Positions 1 to 8,225 of a stretch of DNA of 64,000 bases are shown here, piece after piece (the stretch's first letter is position 1; each line of letters starts with the position of its first letter). Made by a program: the position numbers and the translations under genes. This stretch comes from a virus. The DNA lies in the IMG/VR virus record IMGVR_UViG_3300036045_000002, positions 1-64,000 of that record; one strand, given 5' to 3'. The notes below the pieces were generated by a model. That model did no database searches. It saw nothing but the letters and a program-made list of their open reading frames with translations, and was not told the origin of the DNA.

Positions 1-4
1 GAAC

Positions 5-565
5 GTGTTCTACCAGGACGGGTACGAGGCGGACGACATCATCGCGTCGGTGTGCGACAACACCCCGGCGAAGGACGAGGTGGTCGTCGTCTCGGGGGAC
101 AAGGACCTGCTCCAACTCCTGTCGGCCCGGGTGTTCGTCTGGCAGCCTACCCACCGGCAGGTCATGACCGTCAAGTCCTTCCAGGACCGGTACTACGGCC
201 TGCACCCCCAACACTGGGCGCGGGTCAAGGCCATCGCCGGGTGTTCGACGGATGACGTTCCAGGCGTCAAGGGCGTCGGCGACGCGACGGCCGCCAAGTT
301 CCTCATGGGCCTCAAGACCAACAAGGCGGACGAGATCGAGGCGTGGCTAGTGAGCAACCAGTATCGCAAAAACCTCGACCTCGTCCGCCTCCCGTACACC
401 GGGACGCCTGACTACCCGCCTGTCCAGGACATGGTGGACACCAGGCGCTGGCGGAAGCTGACCACCAGGCTCGGGATGAAGTCGCTGGCCGACCTGGCCC
501 CGCGGCCGGTCGAAGGGTTCGGCCTCCGAAAGGTCGCGATTAGGAAGGCAACCGATGACGAGTAA
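5..565 (+). CDS. 5'-3' exonuclease / flap endonuclease (Pol I N-terminal-like), probably 5'-truncated by the window
   Basis: Motifs GYEADDIIAS, VVSGDKDLLQL and G..TDDVPGVKGVG (helix-3-turn-helix). Confidence 0.9.
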   Translation: MFYQDGYEADDIIASVCDNTPAKDEVVVVSGDKDLLQLLSARVFVWQPTHRQVMTVKSFQDRYYGLHPQHWARVKAIAGCSTDDVPGVKGVGDATAAKFLMGLKTNKADEIEAWLVSNQYRKNLDLVRLPYTGTPDYPPVQDMVDTRRWRKLTTRLGMKSLADLAPRPVEGFGLRKVAIRKATDDE

Positions 566-1922
566 GGACTTAGGGAGATTCGTCGGCCTGGCCGCGTTCG
601 CCAAGAACATGGTGTTCGTCGGCATCGACTCCGGGTCTACCGGGGCCGTCGGATTCCTCTGCGGCCCGCACCACTGCGTCGTGGACATCCCGACCTTCAA
701 GGTGAGCCGCGGGAAGAAGAAGAAGACGGTGTTCGACAACCAGGCCATCGTTGACCTGTTTGACCAACTCGACCGGATCAGTTCCGACCGGGTCATCGCC
801 TGCCTGGAGGAGGCCCAGGTCGGAATCCCCGGCAAGGGGAACTCGGCCTACAACGGCTTCCGGGTCGGGTGCATCGCCGCCGGAACCCCCATCCTGACAA
901 AAAGGGGTTGGGTTAAAATCGAATGTGTGCTACAATCCGATCTACTCTGGGATGGGGTGGAGTGGGTACGCCATGATGGCCCCGTATACCAAGGAGAGAA
1001 AGCGTGCCTTCGAGTGGACGGGATCGACATGACCTCCGACCATCAGGTCCTGACAAGTCGAGGATGGCTGGATGCCAGGACTGTGGCGGGCCTGTTACAA
1101 GATGGAGTTCCGGCCGGTGCCTTGCTTGCAGCCGGAAACGAAACGGAAGGCGAACCGGCCGGGCAAACCGGAAATATGACCTCGGAGGATTGGACAGAAG
1201 ACTATTCCAACGCCTCCAGGAAATCGCTAGGAATGCCATCTACCGGTGTCACAACCCAAGGACGCGGAACTTCTCTGAATACGGAGGACGAGGTATCACG
1301 GTCTGGCTCCCGTGGAGGGAGGATATCGGACGGTTCGTCCGATACATCGCCAAACTTCCAGGCAGCAACAACCGACTTCTCTCGCTCGACCGGATCGAGA
1401 ACGATGAGGGGTACGAACCGGGAAATCTCCGGTTCAGTAACCGGTCTGAACAGCAGAAGAATTCAAGGAGAGCCCGAGTCGTGGTTTACGATGGCCGGCG
1501 AATGTCCTTTGCCGAGTTCGTGGCAAAGTTCTGTCCTCATCTCAAATACGAAACTGCCAGGAAGCGACACGCCGTTCACCATTGGATACTCGACCGAATT
1601 GTCCAAACCCCGTAAGGTCTATGACATCCTAAACTCAGGTCCTCGGTTTCGATTCCAAGCCGGCGACATGATCGTATCCAACTGTAATTGGGCCATGTGG
1701 CCGTTGTTCCTGATGTCCAAAAGGTACGTCCTGCTCGAACCCAGACCGAGCGTCTGGAAGAAGGAGATGAAGCTGGTGGGGACGGGGAAGGACACCAGCC
1801 TCGCGTTGGCCCAGAAACTCTTCCCCAAGGCCGACTTGCGCCTGAAGAAGCACCACGACCGGGCGGAGGCCCTCCTCCTCGCGTCGTGGGCCAGGCGGCA
1901 GTACAAGAAGGAGAACGTCTGA
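555..1922 (+). CDS. RuvC-like Holliday junction resolvase interrupted by an intein
   Basis: N-extein has FVGIDSGSTGA and CLEE; C-extein has PSVWKK and HHDRAEALLLA. Intein occupies aa 106-376. Confidence 0.85.
   Translation: MTSKDLGRFVGLAAFAKNMVFVGIDSGSTGAVGFLCGPHHCVVDIPTFKVSRGKKKKTVFDNQAIVDLFDQLDRISSDRVIACLEEAQVGIPGKGNSAYNGFRVGCIAAGTPILTKRGWVKIECVLQSDLLWDGVEWVRHDGPVYQGEKACLRVDGIDMTSDHQVLTSRGWLDARTVAGLLQDGVPAGALLAAGNETEGEPAGQTGNMTSEDWTEDYSNASRKSLGMPSTGVTTQGRGTSLNTEDEVSRSGSRGGRISDGSSDTSPNFQAATTDFSRSTGSRTMRGTNREISGSVTGLNSRRIQGEPESWFTMAGECPLPSSWQSSVLISNTKLPGSDTPFTIGYSTELSKPRKVYDILNSGPRFRFQAGDMIVSNCNWAMWPLFLMSKRYVLLEPRPSVWKKEMKLVGTGKDTSLALAQKLFPKADLRLKKHHDRAEALLLASWARRQYKKENV
870..1682 (+). mobile_element. 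Intein (Hint domain), 271 aa
   Basis: Block A CIAAGTPILTKRGWVKIE; block B MTSDHQVLT; block F/G KVYDILNSGPRFRFQAGDMIVSN followed by +1 Cys. Visibly more AT-rich than the flanks. Confidence 0.9.
1004..1615 (+). CDS. HNH-family homing endonuclease nested in an alternative frame inside the intein
   Basis: Phage HNH motifs RCHNPRTRNFSEYGGRGITV and LSLDRIENDEGYEPGNLRFS; N-terminal CQDC/CLAC Zn finger; AAGGAG at 991-996, 7 nt before GTG 1004; alternative ATG at 1064. Confidence 0.85.
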   Translation: MPSSGRDRHDLRPSGPDKSRMAGCQDCGGPVTRWSSGRCLACSRKRNGRRTGRANRKYDLGGLDRRLFQRLQEIARNAIYRCHNPRTRNFSEYGGRGITVWLPWREDIGRFVRYIAKLPGSNNRLLSLDRIENDEGYEPGNLRFSNRSEQQKNSRRARVVVYDGRRMSFAEFVAKFCPHLKYETARKRHAVHHWILDRIVQTP

Positions 1923-2245
1923 TGAGCGCCGTTTCGTTCCCCGACTCCGAACACACCACGGGCGTCCAGATCAGGTACGTCCTGGTAGACCCGCTGTTCG
2001 GCGTCTACCTGGGTAACACCGGCGGGACCGACCGCTGGTCCAAGAACCCGGTTGACGAGAAGGAGATCAAGTCGGCCCCCACGTTCACCCGGGACGAGGC
2101 CGAGGCCGTCGGCAAGGAGGTGTGTGACCGGACGGCGGTCGTCCTGGACCTGCAGGCGCACGAGTGCGTGGCCCCCGACATGCCGGACAAGCGGGCGTCG
2201 GTCTCGGCGTGCGCGGACGCCGGCCTGCCCCGGTGGGGCGAGTGA
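1922..2245 (+). CDS. Hypothetical protein
   Basis: ATG overlaps the upstream stop (TGATG); fills the operon gap. Confidence 0.65.
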   Translation: MSAVSFPDSEHTTGVQIRYVLVDPLFGVYLGNTGGTDRWSKNPVDEKEIKSAPTFTRDEAEAVGKEVCDRTAVVLDLQAHECVAPDMPDKRASVSACADAGLPRWGE

Positions 2246-2247
2246 CG

Positions 2248-3348
2248 ATGCTCAGGTCGCTGACCCTCAAAAGATTCCAGAAGCACCAGGATCTCACGGT
2301 CGAACTGGACCGGCGGGTCACGACCGTTGTGGGGGCCACGGACGCCGGCAAGTCGGCGGTGCTCCGGGCCCTCGCGTTCCTGTGCCTGAACAAGTGGTCT
2401 CCGGCCTACCTCAGGCACGGGGCCAAGACGACCGTCGTCCGGCTCACCGTCGGCGACCAGGTCGTCACCAGGACCAAAGGCCCCGGCGTCAACGCCTACA
2501 AGGTCGGAAGGAAGGTGTTCCGTGCCTTCGGGTCGCAAGTCCCGCCGGACGTCGAGGCCGTCCTCAACACCGGGCCGGAAAACTTCCAAAGACAACTCGA
2601 CCAGCACTTCTGGTTCTCCGACACCGCCGGGGCCGTGTCCAAGAAACTCAACGCCATCGTCAACCTGGGGGCCATTGACGACGCTATCGGAAACGTTGGT
2701 CGCCGGGTTCGCGAGTCTCGCTCCGCTGTTGAGGTCACGGCTCGACGCCTTGCCGAGGCTACTGAGAGACGCGACGCTCTGGCCTGGGTCCGCCGGGCCG
2801 ACGACGCCTACCAGGTCGTAGAAGACTCGGAACAGGAACTCACGGACGAGTCGCACAGAATCGCCCGTGTTCGCTCCCGAATCGAAGAAGCCCAGAGTCT
2901 CACGGAGACTGTTGACCGAGTCTCAGGAGCGATTCTAGACGCAAAGGCCGTGCTGGAAGCCGGGGAGGCGGCGCGTCGGGTGCGGGCGAAACTCACGTCC
3001 TTGAAGAAACTCACGTCCAAGATCGACCGGGCCGTCAGGTTGAAGGACACCGAGTTACCCGACCTGACGGAACTGACGGCGCTACGAAAGGCCGGGGACG
3101 ACCTGGCCGAACGCCGGAGGTCCCTGGAGGCCCTGGTCGAGGAGGCGTCAACCCTGGAGGCCGAACTGTGGCAAAGCACCAAGGCGCTGGAGACGTCTTC
3201 CGCAAGGCTGGGCAAGATGTCGAAGGGAAGGTGTCCGGCGTGCGGCAGACCTCTAAACCGATCGCCGTCCTCGTCTCCGACCTACACCTGCGTCACACGG
3301 CACCGGTTTCCCGGGCCGAGAAAGGCGACGCCTGGTACGCCGTTCTAG
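2248..3348 (+). CDS. SbcC/Rad50-like ATPase, N-terminal half
   Basis: Walker A GATDAGKS, Q-loop NFQRQ, coiled coil, zinc hook CPAC. Confidence 0.85.
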   Translation: MLRSLTLKRFQKHQDLTVELDRRVTTVVGATDAGKSAVLRALAFLCLNKWSPAYLRHGAKTTVVRLTVGDQVVTRTKGPGVNAYKVGRKVFRAFGSQVPPDVEAVLNTGPENFQRQLDQHFWFSDTAGAVSKKLNAIVNLGAIDDAIGNVGRRVRESRSAVEVTARRLAEATERRDALAWVRRADDAYQVVEDSEQELTDESHRIARVRSRIEEAQSLTETVDRVSGAILDAKAVLEAGEAARRVRAKLTSLKKLTSKIDRAVRLKDTELPDLTELTALRKAGDDLAERRRSLEALVEEASTLEAELWQSTKALETSSARLGKMSKGRCPACGRPLNRSPSSSPTYTCVTRHRFPGPRKATPGTPF

Positions 3349-4184
3349 GAGGGTACTGCGACCAGCTGAAACGGATCGCAGGTGACCTGCCGATCGTCTG
3401 CGCGGGGGACGTCTTCCACAAGTGGAACTCCCCGCCGGAACTCATCAACTGGGCGATCAAACACCTGCCGAAGATGTACGCCATCCCGGGGCAGCACGAC
3501 CTTCCCCTCCACAACATGCAGGACATCCACAAGTCGGCCTACTGGACACTGGTCGAGGCCGAGGTGATCGATCACCTCGGGTCCGGGAGCTACCGGCGGG
3601 CAGGCAAGGACCTGGTCGTCCACGGCTTCCCGTGGGGGGCGGACGTCCCGAAGAAGGTTAACACCGACTGGTGGCGGGAGGACGAGGTTCACCTGGCCGT
3701 CGTCCACGCCTACTGTTGGGACGACGGCCACTCGTTCCCGGGGGCCGAGCCTAAAAACCACGTCCAGGAGTGGTACAGGCGTCTGAAGACCTATGACGCG
3801 GCCGTCTTCGGGGACAACCACAAAGGATTCCACCAGACCTTCGGGATGCACAACGGGTCGAAAGACTCCTTCTTCGAGGTCATCAATTGCGGTGGGTTCT
3901 ACCGGGCCAAGTCCGACGAGGTCATGTACCAGCCTCAGGTCGGTGTCCTCGACTCCGACGGGTCGATCCGGAGAAAGTTTCTGGACGTCTCGAAGGACGA
4001 GTGGGAAGAGGACGTCCTCAAGGCCGCGCAGACGCCTGCCGTGTCGGTCGAGGAACTCATGGAGTTACTGGACGAGGCGGGGGACGCGGCCTACGACTTC
4101 GCCGAGGCCGTCGTCCGGCGGATGGAGAGGCTGAAGGTGAGCGAGTCGGTCAGGAAGATCGTCCTGAAGGCCCTGGAGGGGTAA
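3231..4184 (+). CDS. SbcD/Mre11-like metallophosphoesterase nuclease
   Basis: Motifs SDLH, AGDVFH, PGQHD, VVH, GDNH. Start taken at GTG 3231; the ORF is open from 3168. Confidence 0.88.
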   Translation: MSGVRQTSKPIAVLVSDLHLRHTAPVSRAEKGDAWYAVLGGYCDQLKRIAGDLPIVCAGDVFHKWNSPPELINWAIKHLPKMYAIPGQHDLPLHNMQDIHKSAYWTLVEAEVIDHLGSGSYRRAGKDLVVHGFPWGADVPKKVNTDWWREDEVHLAVVHAYCWDDGHSFPGAEPKNHVQEWYRRLKTYDAAVFGDNHKGFHQTFGMHNGSKDSFFEVINCGGFYRAKSDEVMYQPQVGVLDSDGSIRRKFLDVSKDEWEEDVLKAAQTPAVSVEELMELLDEAGDAAYDFAEAVVRRMERLKVSESVRKIVLKALEG

Positions 4185-4435
4185 TGATGGTCTTGGACGA
4201 CTTTGAACGGTTGAAGAGAAAGGTCGCCGCCCTCCAGGAGAGGAAGGCCCAGGCCGAGGGGGCGCTCGGCGAACTCCTCCGGCAACTCAAGAAGGAGTTC
4301 GGGTGCAAGACCCTCGCCCAGGCCAGGCGTCTCCTGGTCAAGCTCCAGGACGGGGAACGGCGGGCGGCCGTTAGGTACACCAAGGCCAAGACCGAGTTTG
4401 AACGGAAATGGAAGAAGGTGTTGGATGCCGTCTGA
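4184..4435 (+). CDS. Small coiled-coil protein in the SbcCD module
   Basis: TAATG coupling to the upstream gene; heptad-rich sequence. Confidence 0.7.
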   Translation: MMVLDDFERLKRKVAALQERKAQAEGALGELLRQLKKEFGCKTLAQARRLLVKLQDGERRAAVRYTKAKTEFERKWKKVLDAV

Positions 4436-4997
4436 CGTGCGGAAGAAGCTGGACAAGGCCCTGTCGGACTACCGGTACGCCGTCAGATCGGTCAAGGACG
4501 AGAAGGCCGCCCTCGCGAAGGCCACGCAGGAGGTCCACGACACGGAACAGGCCCAGACCATCATCCAGGTCGTCGCCCAGCAGGTCCAGCAACAGGCCCA
4601 CGACCGGATCTCGGCCATCGTGTCCAAGTGCCTGAAGGCGGTGTTCGACGACCCGTATGAGTTCCGGATCGAGTTCGACCGGAAGCGAGGCCGGACGGAG
4701 GCCAGACTTGTGTTCGTGCGGGACGGTCAGGAAGTGGACCCGCTGGACGGGGCCGGAGGAGGCGTGGTTGACGTGGCCGCGTTCGCCTTGCAGGTCGCGT
4801 GCATCGCGCTACGCCGGCCGAGACGCCGGAGGCTGTTCGTGGCCGACGAGCCGTTCAAGTTCGTGTCAGGCAGGAAGGGGTTCCGGGAGCGGGTCCGGAA
4901 CCTGATCGAGGTGTTGGCGGACGAACTAGGGTTTCAGTTCGTCCTGGTTTCCCACGACCGGTTTCTCGAGGTCGGGCGGGTCGTCGAGGTCGTGTGA
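4425..4997 (+). CDS. SbcC/Rad50-like ATPase, C-terminal half
   Basis: Signature-like GAGGG, Walker B LFVADEPF, H-loop LVSHD. Confidence 0.85.
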   Translation: MPSDVRKKLDKALSDYRYAVRSVKDEKAALAKATQEVHDTEQAQTIIQVVAQQVQQQAHDRISAIVSKCLKAVFDDPYEFRIEFDRKRGRTEARLVFVRDGQEVDPLDGAGGGVVDVAAFALQVACIALRRPRRRRLFVADEPFKFVSGRKGFRERVRNLIEVLADELGFQFVLVSHDRFLEVGRVVEVV

Positions 4998-5372
4998 GTC
5001 CTCCGACTTGTAGTCTGTGCATCGCCGGCAGTCCCGGATGGGCTGGACGAGACCGACGTTGCCGTGTCCCTGTCCGCAAACGTAGAAGTGCTTGGCCGGG
5101 CATACGCAGGACATCCGGTGGGCGATTGCCCCGAGATGGTCGCACGGGAACTGCCTGATCACCTCCAGCGTCCGGAGGTGATGTCTGGTGATTCCCGTCT
5201 CCGGCTTACCAACGGTCACCTCGGCTCTGGTCTGGTTGACCTGCCTTGCCGCCAGGCCACCGTTGACCTTTTTCCAGCACTCCTGGCACTGGTCGGGGGA
5301 GTAAGGACCCCCGACCACGACCAGCTTCTGGTGTTCGCACCTGAGTTCCGCGTGCTTCACTTTCACCTTCAT
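4926..5372 (-). CDS. Cys-rich hypothetical protein downstream of the tail fibre
   Basis: Motifs CQEC, CDHLG, CVC, CRRC; last gene of the - strand late block. Confidence 0.55.
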   Translation of the reverse strand: MKVKVKHAELRCEHQKLVVVGGPYSPDQCQECWKKVNGGLAARQVNQTRAEVTVGKPETGITRHHLRTLEVIRQFPCDHLGAIAHRMSCVCPAKHFYVCGQGHGNVGLVQPIRDCRRCTDYKSEDSHDLDDPPDLEKPVVGNQDELKP

Positions 5373-5386
5373 GGGAGGACCAGCCT

Positions 5387-5593
5387 GTGAGAAGGTTCGT
5401 CATGTTGGCCGTGGTGTTCGTGTTGGCAACTGTCGTGGTTTACCTGACCAAGCCGGCCAAGTTACCTCGGCCTAGGACCGGGGCTGAGAAGGGGTGGGAC
5501 CTGATCGAGGACGTCCCGTCGGCCGACGAGTCGCCGCTGATCCGGAAGTATCCGCCAGGCCATCCCTTCCGGAAGGGATGGCAGAAAGACTAA
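5387..5593 (+). CDS. Small membrane-anchored protein, opposite strand to the tail genes
   Basis: GGAGG upstream of the GTG; N-terminal hydrophobic helix. Confidence 0.45.
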   Translation: MRRFVMLAVVFVLATVVVYLTKPAKLPRPRTGAEKGWDLIEDVPSADESPLIRKYPPGHPFRKGWQKD

Positions 5594-7722
5594 GGGATGT
5601 CGGAAACGACCATACTCCCGGTCGTACCGGAGTCACAGGTCCCACCCGATGGGCTGAAACCCATCGTCATCGACAGGGGACCGAAACTCATATACCCCTG
5701 GAACGACCACCCGTTCGTGCCGCCGTCACTCATCGAGAAGTTCCACTCGCAGTCGTTGACCGTGAACAGGTCGTTGAGGGTCACGAACACCCCCGGACAT
5801 ACCTCGTAGGGTCCGGGGGCCGTGGGCTCCCACCGGTCCACTCCGTCGAACACGAACGTTATCGTACCGATGAAGGCGAAGTCACCGGTGAACGTCCCGT
5901 ACAAGGTCGAAGGCACATCGTTGGAGCAGCCTTCGACCGGGACGCCGCAGTTCGTGACCGTGACCGTCACGATGTCGTAGCTTTGGTTGCCGCAGGCGTC
6001 GGTGACGGTCACCTGCGCGTCGTAGGTCCCGGCAGTGGTGTAGGCGTGGGACGGGTTCTGGGATGTGGACGTTCCGCCGTCGCCAAATATCCACACCCAG
6101 GTGTACGGGGCCAGGCCGCCAAGAACCGAGGCCGAGAAGTTGACCGTGACCCCGGCGCAAACACTCGTATCGTCCGCCGAGGCGGACACGGCTGGCTCGC
6201 TATACCCGACGTCCTCGCACTCCGGCGGGGTCTCGTTACACACGTCACACACGTCCACCTCGGCGTACATGTCCGACGAGCCGGTCTGCTGCCGGTCGAT
6301 GTGGAGGCCGGCGATGTTGAAGTAGTTGGTGAACGTGTACCGCGTCCACGACAGCCGGAGCAACCCGCCGACGAACCCGAACCCGGTGATCTTGTCCAGT
6401 TGCTCCGTGGTTGTATGATCCGAGACCAGGTCAACGCCGACCGAACAACCTCCGGACGGAACCATCGCCGTCTCAGAGCGGTCGCCGGCCACCGCCACGT
6501 TATCGACCTGGATTACCTCACCGGGCCCGTACTCCAGCCCGCACCCGACCAGGACACCTAGGGCGCAGATGGAGTTGTCCCAGTACAGGCCGTCGAACAC
6601 CACGTCCGTCAGGTTGAGTCTGACCGCGTCCGCAAACACCTCCAGCCCGCACCCGACGTTGACCTTCAGGGCGCAGGCCCCCTCGACCCCCAGGCCCGTG
6701 CCGGCCACGGTAACGTTGTCGAACTTGACCACGTCCGACTCGATGAAGAGTCCGCAGCCGACGTTGACCCGGAGCCCACACGTCCCGTCCGTGACCAGCC
6801 CGGCCCCGGCTAGGTCCGACGCCTTGACCTCCAGTGCGTCACTGCTGATCTGGATGCCACACCCGACGTTCACCTTCAGCCCGCACGTCCCGTCCACACC
6901 AAGCCCCGGACCGGCCAGGGCCAGGGTGTCCACTATCAGTTCGTCGGCAACGATGTCGAGCCCGCAACCGTAGTTGATGTCAAGTTGGTCACACCCTTCC
7001 CCCCCTTCCGAGAAGGTCAACCCGTCTCCGGCCAACTGTTCGACATTGACCGCGTACTCGTCGAAGGCCGGATTGTGGTCGAACCCGCAGTTAAAGTTCG
7101 GGTGGCTGATGAACTCGTACCTGGCCGGCGTCGTCGGGTTGACGACGCTCCTTTTGGCCCAGACGAAGTCCCCCGCCTGCGGGTTGGGTGTGATCCCGTC
7201 CCGCCAGGCCTTCGCGTAGGCGTCGGTCTTCGGATCGCCTACGTTGACCCAGGCCCCGACGCCCCGGCCGATCTCCTGGATGGTCCACGGCCCCCCGCCA
7301 CTCCCGGACACCAGCTTGGCGTGAAACCCGTGCCAGCCGACGCCCACGACGACCAACGGCAGGCCGACGAACGCCCCGAACTCCAACTCGCCGGCCAGGT
7401 ACCCGACGTACTGCCGGTCTTGGGTGAGGTCTTCGTCGTTGATGTCCACGACCCGGCAAATCTGACCTTCGCCTTCCAGGTCGTCGGTAAACCAGGCGTG
7501 CGCCGACTCGGTGTTCCGAAGGACGAACTCCCCCTCCCGCGTCCCTTCGGTGACGGTGGACCCGGTCACCTTGACGGTGACCAAGGTAGCCCCGGAATTC
7601 ACCGCCCCCTGCATCGGGTCGGAAAACTCCGTGGAACACCGGATCCGCTCGACCCACCGGATGCCGTCGATGATCCGGCGGAGGGTCTCAGGCGAGTCGA
7701 GGACGACGTAAGGGCCGCTCAT
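5590..7722 (-). CDS. Tail fibre / receptor-binding protein with Cys-Gly shaft repeats and a PKD domain
   Basis: Start MSGPYV coupled to the upstream stop; repeats like LAGxGLxxxGxCGLKVNVGCG; PKD motif WIFGDGGTSTSQNPSHAYTTAGTY. Confidence 0.8.
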   Translation of the reverse strand: MSGPYVVLDSPETLRRIIDGIRWVERIRCSTEFSDPMQGAVNSGATLVTVKVTGSTVTEGTREGEFVLRNTESAHAWFTDDLEGEGQICRVVDINDEDLTQDRQYVGYLAGELEFGAFVGLPLVVVGVGWHGFHAKLVSGSGGGPWTIQEIGRGVGAWVNVGDPKTDAYAKAWRDGITPNPQAGDFVWAKRSVVNPTTPARYEFISHPNFNCGFDHNPAFDEYAVNVEQLAGDGLTFSEGGEGCDQLDINYGCGLDIVADELIVDTLALAGPGLGVDGTCGLKVNVGCGIQISSDALEVKASDLAGAGLVTDGTCGLRVNVGCGLFIESDVVKFDNVTVAGTGLGVEGACALKVNVGCGLEVFADAVRLNLTDVVFDGLYWDNSICALGVLVGCGLEYGPGEVIQVDNVAVAGDRSETAMVPSGGCSVGVDLVSDHTTTEQLDKITGFGFVGGLLRLSWTRYTFTNYFNIAGLHIDRQQTGSSDMYAEVDVCDVCNETPPECEDVGYSEPAVSASADDTSVCAGVTVNFSASVLGGLAPYTWVWIFGDGGTSTSQNPSHAYTTAGTYDAQVTVTDACGNQSYDIVTVTVTNCGVPVEGCSNDVPSTLYGTFTGDFAFIGTITFVFDGVDRWEPTAPGPYEVCPGVFVTLNDLFTVNDCEWNFSMSDGGTNGWSFQGYMSFGPLSMTMGFSPSGGTCDSGTTGSMVVSDIP

Positions 7723-8216
7723 CAGTTGGCCGCCTCGCTCGCCAGCATCTTGACGAACAACCCTTGGCCGATTGTCCCGCCACCGGCCGCGACCGTCACG
7801 TCCACCTCGAACACGTCGCCGGCGACGTAGGTTCCGACCGAAAAGGTTCCGACCACTGACGCGAAGGCCGAGTGGGAACTGGTAATCGTAATGGCACTGG
7901 AGAGGACGTTCGTGCCGTTCTTCTTGACGTTGACCGTGATCGTGGCCGCACCGGCGTTCGCGACCGTCACCCCGGCCAGGACGTCCGTCATCGTACCGGC
8001 CGCGTTCGCGACGTACACCGCCTTCCGTTGTGCCGCGACCGCCGTACCGTGGTTCTGGGCGTAGTCGATGGAATACTTGTGCCGGAGTTTGTCGTCCGAG
8101 ATCGCGGCGGCGTTGTTCACCATCGCGTCGGTGATGGTCTGGTTGGGGATCACCAACGACCCGACGACCAGCGTGTTGGCGACCACCAGGTCGTCCATCC
8201 GGACTGGGGAAGACAT
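7722..8216 (-). CDS. Putative minor tail protein
   Basis: Beta-rich, A/T/V/G-rich composition; position in the tail operon. Confidence 0.6.
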   Translation of the reverse strand: MSSPVRMDDLVVANTLVVGSLVIPNQTITDAMVNNAAAISDDKLRHKYSIDYAQNHGTAVAAQRKAVYVANAAGTMTDVLAGVTVANAGAATITVNVKKNGTNVLSSAITITSSHSAFASVVGTFSVGTYVAGDVFEVDVTVAAGGGTIGQGLFVKMLASEAAN

Positions 8217-8225
8217 ACGACCTCC

